Below, one piece after another: positions 31,429 to 42,603 of a stretch of DNA of 64,000 nucleotides (its first letter is position 1; each line of letters opens with the position of its first letter). A program made the position numbers and the translations under genes. The notes under the pieces are model-generated. The model saw only the letters and a list, made by a program, of their open reading frames with translations. It searched no databases and was not told the origin of the DNA. The DNA comes from Naegleria gruberi. Its lineage: Eukaryota. The stretch lies in assembly GCA_000004985.1 (NCBI GenBank), contig GG738907.1; one strand, written 5' to 3'.

Positions 31429-32754
31429 ATGATAGCAAATCAACCAACCACAACTACATCCTCCTCTTTAGAAGACACCAACTCAACAATTGATATTGTT
31501 GTTGTTGGTGCTGGTCCAGTCGGATTGTGGACTAGTTGTCAAATTAAACTTTTAAATCCCAAGTTAAATATTCGAATCTTGGAGAAACATGAAGAATATA
31601 AAAGAAGTCATGTGGTTGTTTTGCATCATAAATCTTTGGAAGGACATGTTGCTCATCCTACTTTAAACAATTTCAGAAAAGAAGTTACTGAAAATACGAA
31701 AATTAGGACGAATAGAATTGAGCAAACTTTGTCGAATCTTTGTAAAGAATTGAATATTGAAATTTTTAAAAATTTCAATGTGAATGACATGAAATCTATT
31801 GAAAGCATGTTTCCTAATGCAAGATTTATTATTGGGGCTGATGGTTCTCATAGTACAGTGAGAGGGGCTGTTTGTGGAGGCGAATTGGAGTATACGAAAC
31901 ATTTCCACACTCTCGTTGAGGTGAAATATGAAGCCATTGGGCAAACCAAATCTCTAAATACAGTCATGTTCGGCTACCCAACCATGAAACTGATTGGATT
32001 TATAGTCTTTGAACTTATTGGAAAGGTCAATAAGGAAGGAAACACTCCAGTCACCTTACAATTCTTTGTAGATGAAGAATTGGGTAATCAAATCAAGAAT
32101 GCCACTTTCAAAAACCCACTCATGTTTGATAAAAACAGACATGAGCTCCCTGATGAAGTAAGAAATGCAGTAGAAACTTGGATCGCTATTCGAAAGAAGG
32201 CATGTGATGAAAATGCAGAGATGAGCTCCATAAAAATCACGACAACCAAATTGGCAGCCTATGCAAGTAATACATTTGTGAAATGCTCAAAATCAGGTGG
32301 ACCAACTTATTGTTTGGTTGGTGATGCAGCCTTTGGGATGCCCTTTTTTAGAAGTTTGAATAATGGCATGTTATGTGGAACTGAACTAGCTCAAGCAATT
32401 TCACTTGACTTTGCTGGAATGAAAAAGAAAGAGTCAATTTTCAAATCATTAGGAACAAAGATTTCAGGTGTTGTTTCTCAACAAATTGGTGGAAGAACTT
32501 CACCTTCCGAAGGTCCCGTTTCTGATACTATGGTTGAATATGCAAATTATGTACGAATGTTGGAACAGAAAGAGTATAATTTAGCAAAAATCAAGAGCTC
32601 AGGTCTAGTTGCATTTAGAATGTTCACTCGTGTGAGCTCTAAAGTGCCATGGCAAACGAACAAATTTTCACAGGAAGAAATAGATGAAATCAATAAGTGT
32701 AAGAATTCGTATAGTGATGATAATCGAGTTAGCTCGTTGATGGACTCTCTTTAA
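31429..32754 (+). CDS. FAD-dependent monooxygenase (aromatic-ring hydroxylase/PHBH-like class), 441 aa
   Basis: N-terminal Rossmann dinucleotide-binding motif DIVVVGAGPVGLWTSCQI with ...LEKHEE. Downstream FAD-contact motif LVGDAAFGMPFFRSLNNGM (GDAAH-type). Confidence 0.7.
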   Translation: MIANQPTTTTSSSLEDTNSTIDIVVVGAGPVGLWTSCQIKLLNPKLNIRILEKHEEYKRSHVVVLHHKSLEGHVAHPTLNNFRKEVTENTKIRTNRIEQTLSNLCKELNIEIFKNFNVNDMKSIESMFPNARFIIGADGSHSTVRGAVCGGELEYTKHFHTLVEVKYEAIGQTKSLNTVMFGYPTMKLIGFIVFELIGKVNKEGNTPVTLQFFVDEELGNQIKNATFKNPLMFDKNRHELPDEVRNAVETWIAIRKKACDENAEMSSIKITTTKLAAYASNTFVKCSKSGGPTYCLVGDAAFGMPFFRSLNNGMLCGTELAQAISLDFAGMKKKESIFKSLGTKISGVVSQQIGGRTSPSEGPVSDTMVEYANYVRMLEQKEYNLAKIKSSGLVAFRMFTRVSSKVPWQTNKFSQEEIDEINKCKNSYSDDNRVSSLMDSL

Positions 32755-33073
32755 CAACATAAACATGTAACACACAGTAAACAGCTACCGTAGTTTTTCG
32801 CTTTGTACATGTTGTGTTTCTCATTAATTCGCGAATGGTCCAAGTTGGGGTGGCACTAATTGCGTGCAAATTAGCGCCCGCAAAATATCTTCTGTTTTCT
32901 CACTGGTCCTAGCATTTCATATCTTTTGTAATCTCTTTGAACATTTCACACAAGCATTTTAAGGCAAATTTTAGATACTTTACTCTACTCCGAACTAAAC
33001 TCCTTTATAAGCATGTCTAAATCAATAAATAGTCAACTTACCACCAACGTTCGTATAAACGATTAGAAAAAAT

Positions 33074-34063
33074 ATGAAAACCTCATTGATTGCATTAATT
33101 GCCTTCATTCTTTCTTGCCAACTAGCTTTAGTAACCTGCGCATGCCCACCAGGCATGTACATTGCTAATTCTCAATGTAAGCCTTGCTCACCAGGAAACT
33201 ATTGTTTAAATGATGAATCCAAGCCATGTCCTGCAGGAACCATCAATACTGATGTTGGACAAACCACATGTCAAGCATGTCCAAAAAATTACATTACCAA
33301 CCAACAACATACTGCATGCATTCCATGTCATTACAGAACCAATGAAGATTTGACATTCTGTCTCTTGCCAAACACCCCAATGAATGCTTTGGAGATTACT
33401 AAAGTAGAAAATCATTTGACTAATATCACTGAAGGAGAATCTAACTACTTTTTCAAAAAAATCAAATTTGGAAATGGTCAAGCAACTGAACTAGTCACTG
33501 TTCAAGAAACTTTCTCCCTTCTCGTCAATAAGAGATTGATGATTTTTGCAAGCAAGTTGACAGGAATGCCAGGTAAAGATAATTACCAATATGTTGGAAG
33601 TGGAGTGAATACAACTTTGGGAATTGTTGGAAAGGCTGGAACTGAAGAAATGTACTATTTCAATGTTATTTTAATGGAAAGTATTCCAAGATTTGCAAAC
33701 GAATTGTTTATCCAAGACTTTACAACAGTTATTCAAGCAGAGCGTCCATTAATGGGCATGGGTAAAAATATAGTTTCACTTTCTGAGCATGTTGAAACCA
33801 TCATTGAATTTAAGAATACCATTTATATGAATGATCCATTGAATTTCAATTTGGAATTCAGTGATCCATCAGTTGAAGTTTACTATTCCACAAATCCTGA
33901 TATTCAATTTCCAAATCCAAATAATTCCTTCTTTGTTTCTTATAATTCAAAGTCTGTTTCATTCCAAGTTAGAAATCCTCCTACTGGTATGATACGTGTT
34001 GCTATCTATAAAAAGGTAAATAATGGCAAAGCAATTGTAACCATTTCACCAATCAAGAAATAA
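33074..34063 (+). CDS. Secreted cysteine-rich protein (329 aa): signal peptide plus furin-like/TNFR-like CxxGxY...CxxCxxGxYC repeats
   Basis: MKTSLIALIAFILSCQLALVTCA leader, then CPPGMYIANSQCKPCSPGNYCLNDESKPCPAGTINTDVGQTTCQACPKNYITNQQHTACIPC. The C-terminal half is beta-rich with no recognised fold. Confidence 0.55.
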   Translation: MKTSLIALIAFILSCQLALVTCACPPGMYIANSQCKPCSPGNYCLNDESKPCPAGTINTDVGQTTCQACPKNYITNQQHTACIPCHYRTNEDLTFCLLPNTPMNALEITKVENHLTNITEGESNYFFKKIKFGNGQATELVTVQETFSLLVNKRLMIFASKLTGMPGKDNYQYVGSGVNTTLGIVGKAGTEEMYYFNVILMESIPRFANELFIQDFTTVIQAERPLMGMGKNIVSLSEHVETIIEFKNTIYMNDPLNFNLEFSDPSVEVYYSTNPDIQFPNPNNSFFVSYNSKSVSFQVRNPPTGMIRVAIYKKVNNGKAIVTISPIKK

Positions 34064-34180
34064 AGGTAATACTTGGCATGTCCAATTCTATTTGTTTCGT
34101 TGTGGAGGTGATTGAGAAATAAAATCTTGAATGTAGGAGGAGTTAGACAACTTTATGTTGAAGGTTAAAAAGTGCGTGCC

Positions 34181-36013
34181 TCATAAAGAGGAGTAGGGAA
34201 ACCAATACGGAAAATGATGTGGGTTTTGCTGCTTGATATCATCCCAAGAGAATTCAGGTAGTAAATTCCCACTATTTATGTCCCTGTAAATCTTTTTGAA
34301 TTCCTCATCTACTGGCATGTATTCAACTGTTTGAAGATTTTTGCAGTCTTTGAAAGGATTGCACGAGAAAAAAGCAATTGATAATTTCAATTGCTTTAGT
34401 TTGGTAAGGGATTTAATCATCTCGGCAAATTCATCATCATGGAATGAATTATTTCCAATTTCCAAAAACTCTAGCTATGGGTTATTTGTAGGAATAGTTC
34501 TTAACAAAGTAGTATGATAATTGTGAAATACCAATCTCTTTAAATTTTTGAATTTGGTAATTACTACGTGTTCAAGGTATCTGTCGTAGCCATAGTCGTG
34601 TAGCATAGAAAATTCTGAAGAATCATAAATAATTAAGTTCTTTGCATTTTCTTGCAAAAGAGGAATATTTAGCACATTAAGCATCATTTCTCTCTTGTTA
34701 GGGGTTTCTTCTTTTGGAAGGAATAAATTCTTAACAAGAGATGTAATAGCTTTCTTATCTGTTGTGATCAAGGAAGCACAACTAATATGAATATCATTCT
34801 CCTGTAAGTATTTCTTGATAAACATTCTTGTATACTTGTTAAGTGAAGATACAACCAATAATTGCTTGGTTTGAAGGAAGGACATGATGTGAGATAACGC
34901 ATCCTCATTCAATAATCTAAGATGGAATAATGGTAATGGTTTAGCAAATGGATTGAGGAGTTTTGCCTTATGTTCATCGCTCTTCTTTTCAGTCTCCAAT
35001 CCCAATCGTCCATAGGAAACAGCTCTCATTGTGTATACTATATCTCTTTGCTTGAGGAGAGGCATCAAAGAAATAGACTTGGTAAAGTCATTGATAGCAA
35101 GTTGTAACTCTCCTAAATAATAATAGCATAATCCTCTATTGTAATAGGAAGATTCAACATATTCAGAATGATAACTTTCTCCCAATTCAATAGCTTGATT
35201 AAAGTATGGAATTGCATCCAGATAGTAAGTGCCAGAGTAATAAGCTACGCCAGCTCTAATGTACAATAATTCCAATGTAATGTATGTATTTGGTTTAGTC
35301 TTGAGTACTGGCTTATCAGTACCAAGCATCAAGCTGTGATTGTAATAATTCTTTGCTTGATTTGTAAAATTGGTTACACTAGTGGAATAGTAGGACCAAT
35401 TTCTCGACCAGGAAGCAGCAATTTTCTCAATTGGTTTCTTGGCTTCCAATTGCATTGAAAAGAATTTCTCTTCTAAATCTAGCAATGATTGTTCAGCATT
35501 TTGATTTTCAACCAATTCAGTTTCAAGAGAAATTCTGTGATCAATTGATTTTTGGAAATAATTAGCAGCTTCCTTATATTCTCCATTTCCATAACAACAA
35601 ATTCCAAGTAAATATTCAAGTAAATAGAACTTGGAGTCACCATTATTAACAACATTCATCAATGAGAGAGCTTCGTGTAAATCCTCTTTTGCCAAATCAA
35701 AGTCATTCCCTTCCAATCTAGCAACACATCGTTGAACCAACAATGTGGCCAACTTATCCTTATCGTCATCACTCATACCTTCCGATTGTTTTTTAATTTC
35801 TGTGATGGATATTGTCGATCGCTTCTCAACTTGATTAGAGGCTGCTTGATCAATTTGTTGCTTCTTCCTCTTGAAGAGGTCGAACATCTTTAAATTATTA
35901 GCCTTGATTGCTTCATCCATTGCCTTGATTCCACTGCCAATTTCTTGAACGCCTTTAATCAAAAAGATCACTGGTAAAAGGAATAAAGGGGGTGCATAGG
36001 CTCCTCCACACAT
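34181..36013 (-). CDS. TPR-repeat plus F-box-like plus LRR protein. It is interrupted by an in-frame TAG at 34475-34477. Either it is a two-exon gene with a 57-nt intron (34475..34531), or a pseudogene, or a readthrough gene.
   Basis: TPR-like helices (EYKEAANYFQKSIDH..., AINDFTKSISLMP). The same frame continues 100 codons past the TAG (LEFLEIGNNSFHDDEFAEMIKSLTKLKQLKLS...). Removing GTATTT...CATACTAC...CATAG (57 nt, a multiple of 3) joins KRL|LEFLEIGNN in frame. Confidence 0.5.
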
Positions 36014-36631
36014 CTTGTTTTTGCTGTTTTAATTTGTAATTATTATTTAAATAATATTATTGTATGAATAATAATAATATGCAAAAGGAGCTATGATGGC
36101 TTTTTTTCTCTTGTTGATGACGAGTAGAGAGATGAAATGTTAAAAAGCAGGATAAACACATGGATAGGTTGTGATTTTGATGTCGAAATGTGATTTGTTG
36201 ATCAGAGAGAAGTAATAGAACATTAAAAGTTAGGAATACCTCGACCTGAGTACTATCCAAAGTTCATCAATATTCTTCTCTGAAATTACAATCAAAGTCT
36301 TCCATATCGTAATAATATTACATGAACAATATTTAACTTGATGTTTCTTAATTTTTAAATTTTTTTTTAATAAATTATTTCGATTTTAATTTTTTTTCAA
36401 TAAAGATTTTCCTAGTGATAAATTTAAATGGCTACACTTTCATTAGGAACACAGGATTGAGTATTTAACCACCTCTTTGGCATTATCTAATCAGAAATAC
36501 ACCTTAAATTCATGTTTAGACAATTGAATCAGTTCCCAAAAAGGAAACATAATTAATTGGTTTGATTTTAAGCAATCGATTACGATCTATTAAAACTGTG
36601 TTCTCTTTTCTAACTTTCCATCACAAAAAAA

Positions 36632-37432
36632 ATGAAAAAACACAGATCAACACTTTTTGGCATAGCTCTGTTAATTACCATCATCTTGACATTGTTGATT
36701 ATTGACAGAACAACTGCATCCACAAGTACATGTAATCGACCAGCTGATCCTTCTGTATCAGGTATCAAACGAGGTGTAGTTGCCAATGTATTGGAATATG
36801 ATAACGTTGAAGACAATGATGATTATGATGAAGTTTCGTCTCCAAAAGTTGTGATCGAAGGAGATGATGACGATAACTCAACTTTGCCTCTTGTAATGGA
36901 TACACCTGGTAGTTCAATTGATACAATGGGTGTTTTACGTGAAATTCCTTCATATGTTCAAGAAATTATTGACAAGCAACCTGAAATTTTCAATAATGTG
37001 ACAGGTGCCACTAATAAGAATTTGAAACATAGAAAAGAATTTATTGGAAAGAAGAGAACGCATTGCGTTGCATGTCGATTAAATTGTATGAATTTGGGAG
37101 TTTTTGCTGCATGTGAAAGAAAGTAAGTTTATGCTGATCTTTCGAATAATTGTATTAAAACTGAATATGAAAGGTATCATTTCTATGGTTGTAAATTCAT
37201 CTCTCCATGCATCACTGAAGTAACTGCCACAAAGGAAACCATCAAAGCTGCAGTAGGAATATGTATCGATAGAAATGGATGTATACTCAAGAAACTCAAA
37301 AACATATTCGAATATAAACTAATCAAAAATCAAGATGGGCAAGTAATCAAGCACAGAGTCAAGATAGTTCCACGTTTACCAAGAGTGTACAAGAAGGTAA
37401 AGAGATTGGCGCACAACATTTCTGATGAATAA
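36632..37432 (+). CDS. Secreted acidic/Cys-containing protein. Two-exon model: 36632..37122 and 37174..37432, with a 51-nt in-frame intron carrying the TAA that terminates the naive ORF at 37126.
   Basis: Signal-peptide-like N-terminus MKKHRSTLFGIALLITIILTLLII. After the TAA at 37124-37126 the same frame stays open for 85 more codons (YHFYGCKFISPCITEVTATKE...KRLAHNISDE*). The intron is GTAAGTTTATGCTGATCTTT...TGAAAG (5' GTAAGT, branch-like GCTGATC, 3' AG). Confidence 0.45.
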
Positions 37433-37694
37433 ACTGTAGAAATATTCTAAAGCAAATACTAAAGAACTCCAATTAAGGAAAGATTCGATTCAATCGCTAT
37501 TTGATGATTTACACTACTTTTTATTAAGTTTTGGTGCAATCACAAGTTGTGTTTCTCAAATTCAACATGCATGGAACCTTTTTCTATATATATTTGAGTT
37601 TTGTAATCATGTTTCAATTCTCCTAACAATTTCCATTCACCAAACACAAGAATTTTCCTAAAATCTCACTAATTTCATTTATCACTTCTCTGAT

Positions 37695-38837
37695 TTACAC
37701 TTGCTGATTCTTCACAAAATTATAAAAATCAATCGTGAATATTGAAATTCTCCATGCATGCTTTCGTTCTGATTGAGATCGATGAGTATTCTCTCTAAAT
37801 AATTGTTTGTACTCTTCACTGGAGAGAACTACTTTACAATTCTTGTCAGGAAACTGACTCTGATATAATGGAACGAAATAATTCATGATTTGAGTTCGAT
37901 TTTTGAAAACATCCACCAGCACATAATTTTCTCCTTTCCATTTGACTGAAAATTGCTCAATTCCTCCAAGAACTGGAGCTTCTTCAATATCAACTGGTTG
38001 CTTACTAGCTCCTGATTCATCAACTAATGAAAACGTTGTTTGAGTAGTAAGTAAATTATTCGAAAGTTGTTCATTAGAAACAGGTGAAGTTTTCCTCTTT
38101 TTCTGTGCTTTCTTTTTCCTTGGTTCGTTTTGATTTTGCAATTCAGAATTTTCTCGTTTGTTAGGTGCAGTTTTTAATTCATAATTTTCTCTCTGCAATT
38201 CAGTAATTGTTTTGTGTTGAGTTTCTAATTCTCTTTCCAATAGATGGATTCTTTCTCTTAGTTGGTTGATTAAATGTTGTTGAGAATCTGCTGCATGTAC
38301 TTCATGTTGAATGTGGTGATTGTAGGGAGAATTTGTTGAGAGAATGTTTGTTGGTGAAGAAGTGGAAGAATTGAAATCTTTCGTCTGGTTTCCAATAGAT
38401 GCATATCCATAACTGCTTGATGTACAAGATGATGTTCTGTTGAAGAGGTTTCGTTCTGTTGTTGGAGGATACTGTACATGCCCTTCCTCATGCCACATGT
38501 GTTGTGATGGCATGGAAGCGGATGGCAAACTGCAAGACACATTATTAGAAAGATTATTAGAAAGGTGGAGGACATGATTGTTTGGTAATGTTGATCCTTG
38601 GAAGTTATCTTGGAATAAATCTCTCAAGTTTGGTAATGGCATGGGTTTCGTAGTCCAATTATCTGAAACATTTACTTGCCGAGAGTCTTCGAAAGTAGAC
38701 GAAACTTGTCGTATTCTTGTTGGTGGTGAAACAGATGAAGAATAAACCTCTTGTGATGATGATGAAACTGGATAATTGGATGAAGCAAAGAAATTGGCCG
38801 AATTTGCACTTCTTTGATTTGGATAGTTAGGAGACAT
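37695..38837 (-). CDS. Family member 2 (380 aa) of the LPNF/coiled-coil/KxAWRxSIFT-domain family; first gene of the four-gene tandem array
   Basis: LPNLRDLFQDNF motif. Coiled coil QQHLINQLRERIHLLERELETQHKTITELQRENYELK. Basic PRKKKAQKKRK patch. C-terminal IEQFSVKWKGENYVLVDVFKNRTQIMNYFVPLYQSQFPDKNCKVVLSSEEYKQLFRENTHRSQSERKHAWRISIFTIDFYNFVKNQQV. Confidence 0.6.
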   Translation of the reverse strand: MSPNYPNQRSANSANFFASSNYPVSSSSQEVYSSSVSPPTRIRQVSSTFEDSRQVNVSDNWTTKPMPLPNLRDLFQDNFQGSTLPNNHVLHLSNNLSNNVSCSLPSASMPSQHMWHEEGHVQYPPTTERNLFNRTSSCTSSSYGYASIGNQTKDFNSSTSSPTNILSTNSPYNHHIQHEVHAADSQQHLINQLRERIHLLERELETQHKTITELQRENYELKTAPNKRENSELQNQNEPRKKKAQKKRKTSPVSNEQLSNNLLTTQTTFSLVDESGASKQPVDIEEAPVLGGIEQFSVKWKGENYVLVDVFKNRTQIMNYFVPLYQSQFPDKNCKVVLSSEEYKQLFRENTHRSQSERKHAWRISIFTIDFYNFVKNQQV

Positions 38838-40282
38838 TTGTTTAGTTTTTTTTCGAATAGATTAAACAATTCAGTGGTAAAGTCTGCGTCTAAAACAAAG
38901 TAAACAACACACTTTGATAAAGGAAATATCGGATGAGTCTTGATAACGAAACAATTCTAATGATTTTCACAAGATGAAACCTCGTTTCGAATAAGCTTGT
39001 TTAAGTCTTAAGAATTTGCACAAATTAGACAGGTGTCACAACTTACAACTTGAAATGCTGAGGTTTCCTCGCAAGATTCCTCTTGTTCATGTAAAGGAAA
39101 CAAGTGTCCCTATTTAACTCAATTGATTTGCAAAGAAAACTGAAAGATTTATAAGGAACTTTGTGCGATGAGATCATTAATCCGTAAACGATAGTCCAAT
39201 AACACGATGTATCAGATTGCATCCAATGTTTCAAGTGTAATTGTGTCTTCTTTTTCTTTCGTACAAATAGCTGTTATCATGCAAAGCCAACCGATATTAC
39301 CAAAAGTGGAAATGACATCCTAGTATAAAATTGTGTTGTTTCCAAAGGTCTGATAAAGGACTCCATTGTCTTGTCTTTATTATATTCATTTCATGTTCTC
39401 TTATAATAATGGTTAACTTTAGGCAAGTTTCGTCAAGGATTCATTTGATTGCAAATTATGATAATCCACACAGGTATATATATTGGATCTCCTATTCTTT
39501 TCATTTTACCCGAAAGAATTTCACCTCATTCTATAATTTGTTTCCAAGTGGCCACGAATGCTAACCTCAATATTTATAAGGTATTACCCTTTCTATCATA
39601 TGATCTAGAGTTGGCAACTGAATGTATCAAATGTACCAAGAAGAGAAGGTCTCGCAAAACACTTTTGTTTGTAACTATGGAATTATTTTCACCATTTCCA
39701 ACCAATGTTGAATTCACTGACAGTGAAGATGATACGCCACGATGATGATTGCACTTGTTGTTGAAGTCCTCCTCCATAAGCATCCGCTCCAAATATTGAG
39801 AATGCGAATGACAAGGTCTAACAACATTAGAAAATTTCAGTAAATGATAAGTTTTGTAATAAGGTTCTTCATTTTAAATTGTAAATTTTCAAGTCCTTAT
39901 ATTGTTGGAGATGAAGCTCTTTGTGTATAGTATTTTGGAATGAATGACATGATTCAACAATGTATTTCTATAATTTGATCATGAACATTCCAAACGAGTT
40001 TAAAAAGGACATTAGGTGATTGAAATATGTGTTCGAATTGTTGGATTAGATCCAAAATCAATTTTTCTCGTTTAGGTTAATAAGAGATCTCCCAAGATTG
40101 GAAAATTGAGTAAATTTGCTGATATATTAAGTCTTTCACTTCTGGTTAGATCTCTGTCAATTGATTCAAATCCACCAAGTATTTGGCTGTCTGAGAATGA
40201 ATCATTGAGATTCGTCATGTTTCTGATTGTAATTATTCTTGATCAATCTCTTCGTATTTAATTATTTCTGTCAAATTACATT

Positions 40283-41215
40283 TCATTTATTTTGACGTTT
40301 CACAAACTCATAAAATTCAATAGAAAATATGGTTATTCTCCAAGCTCTCTTTCTCTCACTTTCTTTAACATGTGGATTCGTACTAAACAGTTTCTTATAT
40401 TCCTCTCTTTCTAATACCATTTTCGAAACCTTATCTGGATTATTCGATTGGTAGAGTGGATAATAATAGTTTACAATATCTGATTTGTTACTGAACGCAT
40501 CGATCAAGACGAATTGTTCTCCATTCCAGTCAACTGTGTAATTTTCAAGGTTTTTGACTTGATTGTTGGCTTTTTGTTGACTCTTCTCAAATTCATCAAT
40601 CACGAGGAAGAGCTTTCTATCCTTTCGTTTGGTTTCGGTGAAATCTAGAGTTTCGTCTCGTTTCTTTAGAATTTCATCATGCTTTCTCTTCTTTTCTTTC
40701 ATTTTCTGGTTTTCATTCTCGAGAATGGAAATTGTGCTGTCTTGTTTCTTGACATCACTTTCAAGTTTTTGAATTCTTTCGTATAGTTTTTCGATAAGGC
40801 CATCCATGGTTCGTCCCATTTCGTCTCGAATTGCAGAGTGAAAAGGTATCTTGTCATGTCCCTTTGGAGATGTAGAGACACTACTCGTAAAGTATGGTTG
40901 TGACATTTGTTTCTTCTCCCAATATTCGAAACTATTTCCCCATGTAAATGTACTTTTCCTTGTTGAATTACATGTTTCGTCTCTACTTTCGAAAGGTTTC
41001 GAGACGAAAGTATCTCTTAGAAATTCATTGAAATTTGGCAATGCTGCCACTTCATCTTCTTCACCACAACTTCTTTCATTATTTCCTGGGCCCACAACTG
41101 CATCATTTCCTTTCGAATAATTTCTACCGAAAGGTAGGCTAAATAATGAACTATTCATTTGTCTTGTTTTTTTGTTTGTTATCCTTCCAAGCGACCAACC
41201 AACACACAACTCCAT
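40283..41215 (-). CDS. Family member 3 (310 aa), same strand and same architecture
   Basis: LPNFNEFLRDTF motif. Coiled coil MDGLIEKLYERIQKLESDVKKQDSTISILENENQKMKEKKRK. C-terminal YTVDWNGEQFVLIDAFSNKSDIVNYYYPLYQSNNPDKVSKMVLEREEYKKLFSTNPHVKESERKRAWRITIFSIEFYEFVKRQNK. Confidence 0.6.
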   Translation of the reverse strand: MELCVGWSLGRITNKKTRQMNSSLFSLPFGRNYSKGNDAVVGPGNNERSCGEEDEVAALPNFNEFLRDTFVSKPFESRDETCNSTRKSTFTWGNSFEYWEKKQMSQPYFTSSVSTSPKGHDKIPFHSAIRDEMGRTMDGLIEKLYERIQKLESDVKKQDSTISILENENQKMKEKKRKHDEILKKRDETLDFTETKRKDRKLFLVIDEFEKSQQKANNQVKNLENYTVDWNGEQFVLIDAFSNKSDIVNYYYPLYQSNNPDKVSKMVLEREEYKKLFSTNPHVKESERKRAWRITIFSIEFYEFVKRQNK

Positions 41216-41745
41216 TTAACACAAACACATCGATTCGTTCATAGGTTTAGTTTGCCTCCTTAACCTATCTGTTTCCAATAGTGGTTTCTTCTCAGTCCTT
41301 TCTAAAGTGATTAACCTCCCGATTTGTAAACTTTAAATCAAGATCTTTGTGTGATCTTTAATTTTCCGCCCAATTAAGATGCCACCTAAGGATTGACTTA
41401 CTCATTAATTAAAGAGATTCAAATAAAGGTTTCTAATAGTGGTGTGAAAAATGATAGAATTTGACGGCAAGTGTCCGAGATGGTGCACATTAAACATAAA
41501 TACTTTTAAAGTGAAATGCCAAGTTGTGCAGTAACATGAGCAATGTGGCTATGGATTTCTTTATTTGGGAAATGACAGTTGTGATGGACACGACTCTTAT
41601 ATCAATGGCTATAAAGCACAACATTGAGAGAACATGACATTTAAAAGTTTCTAATGTAATATGAGGAGGATCAAATCATCTCTGGTCGGGGTAGCAACAG
41701 TTTCGAATAAGATACACGAATGTGTGATAATGTTTACAGATTTTC

Positions 41746-42603
41746 TCAAACTCTTATATGGTTCTTAACAAAATTATAAAAATCGATTGTAAAGATTGAA
41801 ATTCTCCAAGCTTGCTTCTTTTCTGATGTCTTGATGTGCTGATTCTCTTTGAATAGTTTCTTATATTCATCACATTGCACAACTAATTTAAATTCCTTAT
41901 TTGGAAATGTGGTTTGATAGAGTGGACAATAATAATTCATAATTTCATCTCTATTCTTAAAAACGTTGATAATGACATATTGATTTCCTCTCCAATTGAC
42001 TAAATATTGATTTAAATCACCAACTCCTGATTCCAAATTTTCAATAAATGATGTTTCTTGGACAAGTGTCATTTGTTTTGATTGGTTGGTGAGTTTTTTT
42101 CTACATGCAGTTGGTTTTCCAATTTTTCTTGTTTTCAGTGATTGATTTTCTTTCAAGAGATTTGAAATTACTTGAGATTGTTCATAAATTCTTCTTTCCA
42201 TTTCTTCTATTTTCTGAATCAGAGACGAAACTTGAATCGAACTATCATTTTGTAAATCAACATGTTGACCATCACATGATAAAGATGAGCTCGATTGTGA
42301 AATTGCTTCAAATCTTGGATTATCCACTTGATGTGTTTGTTGCCCTTCAAATTTCACCTGACAAAATTCTTGATTATTAAAATTCTGTAAAGATGAAGAA
42401 GAAGGAGATGATGGAGAACACATGGATTGTGAAAGGAATTCTCTGAAATTTGGTAAAGCATGTTGTGGAGTTTCTTCCTGCTTGATTATTGCGTATTGAA
42501 GATGTTGATTCATTTTAGTCAACTGTGAGAATGTTAGTGGAATTGATTGTGTTTGTTTTTTAAAGTTTGTTGTTGCCAGATGCTTATCATCTGATGTTTG
42601 CAT
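41746..42603 (-). CDS. Family member 4 (285 aa), same strand and same architecture
   Basis: LPNFREFLSQSM motif. Coiled coil IQKIEEMERRIYEQSQVISNLLKENQSLKTRK. C-terminal YLVNWRGNQYVIINVFKNRDEIMNYYCPLYQTTFPNKEFKLVVQCDEYKKLFKENQHIKTSEKKQAWRISIFTIDFYNFVKNHIRV. Confidence 0.6.
   Translation of the reverse strand: MQTSDDKHLATTNFKKQTQSIPLTFSQLTKMNQHLQYAIIKQEETPQHALPNFREFLSQSMCSPSSPSSSSLQNFNNQEFCQVKFEGQQTHQVDNPRFEAISQSSSSLSCDGQHVDLQNDSSIQVSSLIQKIEEMERRIYEQSQVISNLLKENQSLKTRKIGKPTACRKKLTNQSKQMTLVQETSFIENLESGVGDLNQYLVNWRGNQYVIINVFKNRDEIMNYYCPLYQTTFPNKEFKLVVQCDEYKKLFKENQHIKTSEKKQAWRISIFTIDFYNFVKNHIRV

Noticed and set aside
34475-37126. Possibility that TAG/TAA are reassigned sense codons (all-stop-codon reassignment, as in some protists)
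   Set aside because: TAA, TAG and TGA each terminate most well-delimited ORFs here, for example TAG at 6510 and 16359 and TAA at 2186 and 10007. The two in-frame stops are better explained by short 3n introns, or by mutation.
38270-38869. Internal minus-strand ORFs 38270..38575 and 38672..38869, other short overlapping ORFs inside larger genes (e.g. 888..1223, 3835..4239, 25268..25735, 60117..61836 group), and the 70-aa ORF at 27339..27551 between the ABC gene and the 5S gene
   Set aside because: They lie in alternative frames of confidently assigned larger CDSs with recognisable domains, with no independent support. The short ORF at 27339..27551 is unsupported.
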